Shown: in pieces, positions 61,620-64,000 of the stretch
How positions within the stretch are numbered: position 1 is the stretch's first letter
Layout: each line of letters starts with the position of its first letter
Assembly: GCF_046119375.1 (NCBI RefSeq)
Contig: NW_027362768.1
Coordinates: 168,454,001 to 168,518,000, forward strand
DNA: 64,000 nt
Source of the DNA: Phyllobates terribilis
Taxonomy: Eukaryota
Direction of reading: 5' to 3'
Translations under genes and position numbers: made by a program
The notes under the pieces: model-generated
Databases searched by the model: none
Seen by the model: only the letters and a program-made list of their open reading frames with translations
What the model was told of the DNA's origin: nothing

Positions 61620-61905
61620 CGCGACTTCCGAGGAGGGAGCCACGTGACCAAAACATCCAGGGCTTCAACGGTTCGATGACTTTGACGTCACTGGTACGCG
61701 ATTGGTTGATTCTTTAAATGTCTAATTTCTGATTGGTTGAATTTCTGAGCCGGCGAATTTGAACTTTGTTTCTTGTTTGATGCAGGATCCGGGGAATCAG
61801 AGCCGGGGAGAGAAGGAAACGAGGCGGCTGCGGGGGGCAGAGCCGGGGACCGGGCGAGACACGGGGCTGATCCGGGAGTGGGAGCCGCCACGTACAGAAC
61901 ACAAG
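61620..61905 (+). promoter_or_regulatory. PIF1 promoter and putative non-coding exon 1 (donor GTAAAG at 61906)
   Basis: ETS ACTTCCG 61624, E-box CACGTG 61641, CRE TGACGTCA 61683, two reverse CCAAT boxes (ATTGG at 61701 and 61732, 31 bp apart), CHR TTTGAA 61758-61763. A GC-rich stretch ends at ACAAG|GTAAAG. Confidence 0.65.
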
Positions 61906-62135
61906 GTAAAGCCGCTGCTGCTCCAGCAGATCCCTGCGTGTAATGGCTGCTGAGCTGTAATGTATCTGTCACTGCTGCAAGGTGACGTCCGTGTGCACTA
62001 ATGGCTCATTGTGTCCACAAGATCCGATATGAGCCATATACGTATATACATTTCATAGTAAAATTCCTTTAATCCGGCATTTATAGGGATTCATTTGCAA
62101 TTTTTTTTTCTTTATTTTTATTTCTGGATTATTAA

Positions 62136-62342
62136 AGGGGTATTCCACTAAGAGAAGTTATGACCTATAGGGTCCCACCCGAATGGAGCAATGGTTGAGC
62201 ACATTCACCACAGTCCCACTCATTCATTGTTATTGGAGAGCTGGAAATGGCCGGAGGTGTCCCCAATCCCAGTATCCATAGGGGTCCCAATGGCGAGACC
62301 CTCCGCAATAGGCCATAACTTGCTCTTATTGGAATAACACTT
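62136..62342. mobile_element. T2/Kolobok-type MITE
   Basis: TTAA|AGGGGTATTCCA ... TGGAATAACACTT|TTAA. Confidence 0.65.
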
Positions 62343-62587
62343 TTAATAAGGCAGAAATTCCGCTACAAATGAAACAAAAGATGACGGTAAATTATTTGTG
62401 AATTGTCTGATTTTCCATCTGTGGTAGAAGCTGCTTTGTAGCCCTCAGAGCAGAACTCTGTGATTGATGTCAATTCTGAAGTTGACAGAGGAAGAATACT
62501 GTGTTACTGGGATTTGCCACTTTTAGTTGCTTCTTGCTGGTCGGGGGTCTCCTCTCACCATTGTGCCCACCTATATCACACTGCATA

Positions 62588-62762
62588 ATTTATTTATTTT
62601 ACTCACTTATATAGCACCATTATATTCCACAGCGCTACAAACATCATCATCCATCATCATCATCATCATCATATCCCATTGGGGCTCACAATCTACATTC
62701 CCGATCAGTATGTCTTTGGAGTGTGGGAGGAAACCCACGCAAACATGGGGAGAACATACAAA
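62588..62762 (-). mobile_element. SINE fragment (V-SINE-like core with L2-derived 3' tail)
   Basis: GGGAGGAAACCCACGCAAACATGGGGAGAACATACAA core. The minus-strand tail AGCGCTGTGGAATATAATGGTGCTATATA matches the L2 tail at 47178-47206 at 25/29 positions. Confidence 0.65.
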
Positions 62763-62805
62763 GTACTTGCTGAGTGACATAACTTTTGACTCCTCTTTCA
62801 GGAGG

Positions 62806-63959
62806 ATGAATCTGGCCGACCACCTGTCCCCAGAGATTCAGAGCAGCGTCGCCATCGAGTATCTGAATGCATCTGGACAGACGCTGAAACGTAAGGTCAT
62901 CCGTAACGCCTTCACCTCTCTGGGACGCAATGAATTTCGGGAGCTGGTGCTGAAGGTCAGTGATGGGAAGTTACCCCAAAACTTCATCCTGAAGCAGATC
63001 CAGATCTTCACTCGCTTCATCCAAGATGGGAAGAGCTCCATCGTGCTGCAACCGGAAAATGTCCAGCTGCTGATCTCCAACTGCCCCTCCGACAAACTGA
63101 AGCATTTCATGAAAACCCTAATGATTAAGCACGAGGCGGGGAAGGGTGAGAAGCCGGTGAACGAGCGCATGCGTCTGCTGTCAGGGCTCCCACGGGTATT
63201 TGAGACCATCAGTCCTGTACAGAAGAAGGACTTGGAGCAGGCCAACGAAATGCGAGCAAAAGTCAACAGTCAGACTCCTGTGAAGGGGAAGGGGCTCAGT
63301 AACAGAGGAGCCAACGCTGCAAACCGATGTCCGCAGAAACGTCCGAGGACGGCATCATCCGAGAACAGTCTGGTAGGTTACAGGACAATGTGGTATTCCT
63401 GTACTGATCGTGAGTTACATCCTGTATTATACTCCAGAGCTGCACTCACTATTCTGCTGGTGCAGTCACTGTGTACATACATTACATTACTGATCCTGTA
63501 CTGATCCTGAGTTACATCCTGTATTATACTCCAGAGCTGCACTCACCATTCTGTAGGCTTGACTTGCATCACTTGCTTCTCATTCTGGGAAGTGTGATAT
63601 TTTCCCTGGTCAGGACAGGATCAGTGATGTCTCTTTGATGAACCACATTTCTCTCTTTATGGGAAAAAGTAAAATCTCATGGTTCATTTTTTGCCTGATG
63701 AACAGAATTCCAGAAATGCAGTGAATAGTGACACCTACTTCTGTTTCATGTACAAGACCTCAGGAAAGGTTAGAATTGTCTGTGCGTAGATCTATGTATC
63801 TTACATAACCTCATATATTTAATTTCTAGATTTCTGAGCTCCGTCCCAGTAAGAAGCCGACTCTGACCATGCCCCAGCAGCTGCATCTCTCCACCGAGCA
63901 GTCCACGGTTCTCAGCACCGTCCTCAGCGGGAAGAATGTGTTCTTCACAGGAAGTGCAG
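62806..63959 (+). CDS. PIF1: ATP-dependent DNA helicase PIF1, first two coding exons (gene continues beyond the window)
   Basis: Exon 62806-63372 (acceptor at 62801; 189 codons, PIF1 N-terminal domain: SLGRNEFRELVL, FTRFIQDGKS, QLLISNCPSDKL, FETISPVQ). Exon 63830-63959 (LSTEQSTVLSTVLSGKNVFFTGSAG, the start of the Walker A motif) ends at a GT donor. Confidence 0.93.
63397..63552 (+). repeat. 81-97-bp minisatellite, array 5 of 5 (about 1.5-2 units)
   Basis: Same unit, starting about 24 bp after a PIF1 donor. Confidence 0.9.
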
Positions 63960-64000
63960 GTCGGTGAAGACGACTTCTAATACATTTCTTTTCTTTCAAA

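Noticed and set aside
62527-63504. 325-aa single-exon ORF
   Set aside because: The N-terminal ~93 codons are intron and SINE sequence and the C-terminal tail is intron and minisatellite; only 62806-63372 is the PIF1 exon.

Overview
Vertebrate genomic DNA, most likely an anuran frog. This is inferred from the TTAA-flanked T2-type MITEs, the Tc1/L2/V-SINE content and intron style, not proven. Left third: a >14.5 kb array of a pentamer-built 20/25-bp satellite. A young (7 differences in 627-bp LTRs), nearly intact Ty3/Gypsy chromovirus (14561-19999, 5-bp TSD CCTGC) interrupts it. The element has a self-priming-type PBS, a -1 frameshift site with a predicted pseudoknot, and a chromodomain cut off by a 1-nt frameshift. 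Four host genes follow, each reconstructed exon by exon with phase-consistent GT-AG junctions: CFAP57/WDR65 (minus, 21 coding exons seen, terminal exon apparently outside the window), EBNA1BP2 (plus, head-to-head with CFAP57), FAM183A/CFAP144 (minus) and the 5' part of PIF1 (plus). Introns hold an open-ORF IR/DR DD34E Tc1 with exon-trap-like architecture, a decayed DD38E Tc1-like element, a decayed piggyBac containing a solo LTR, an L2 LINE relic, MITEs, a SINE fragment and several minisatellites, one of which forms five separate arrays. Most long ORFs in the supplied track are artefacts of tandem repeats. Gene and family names come from my recall of the protein families; no database search was run.
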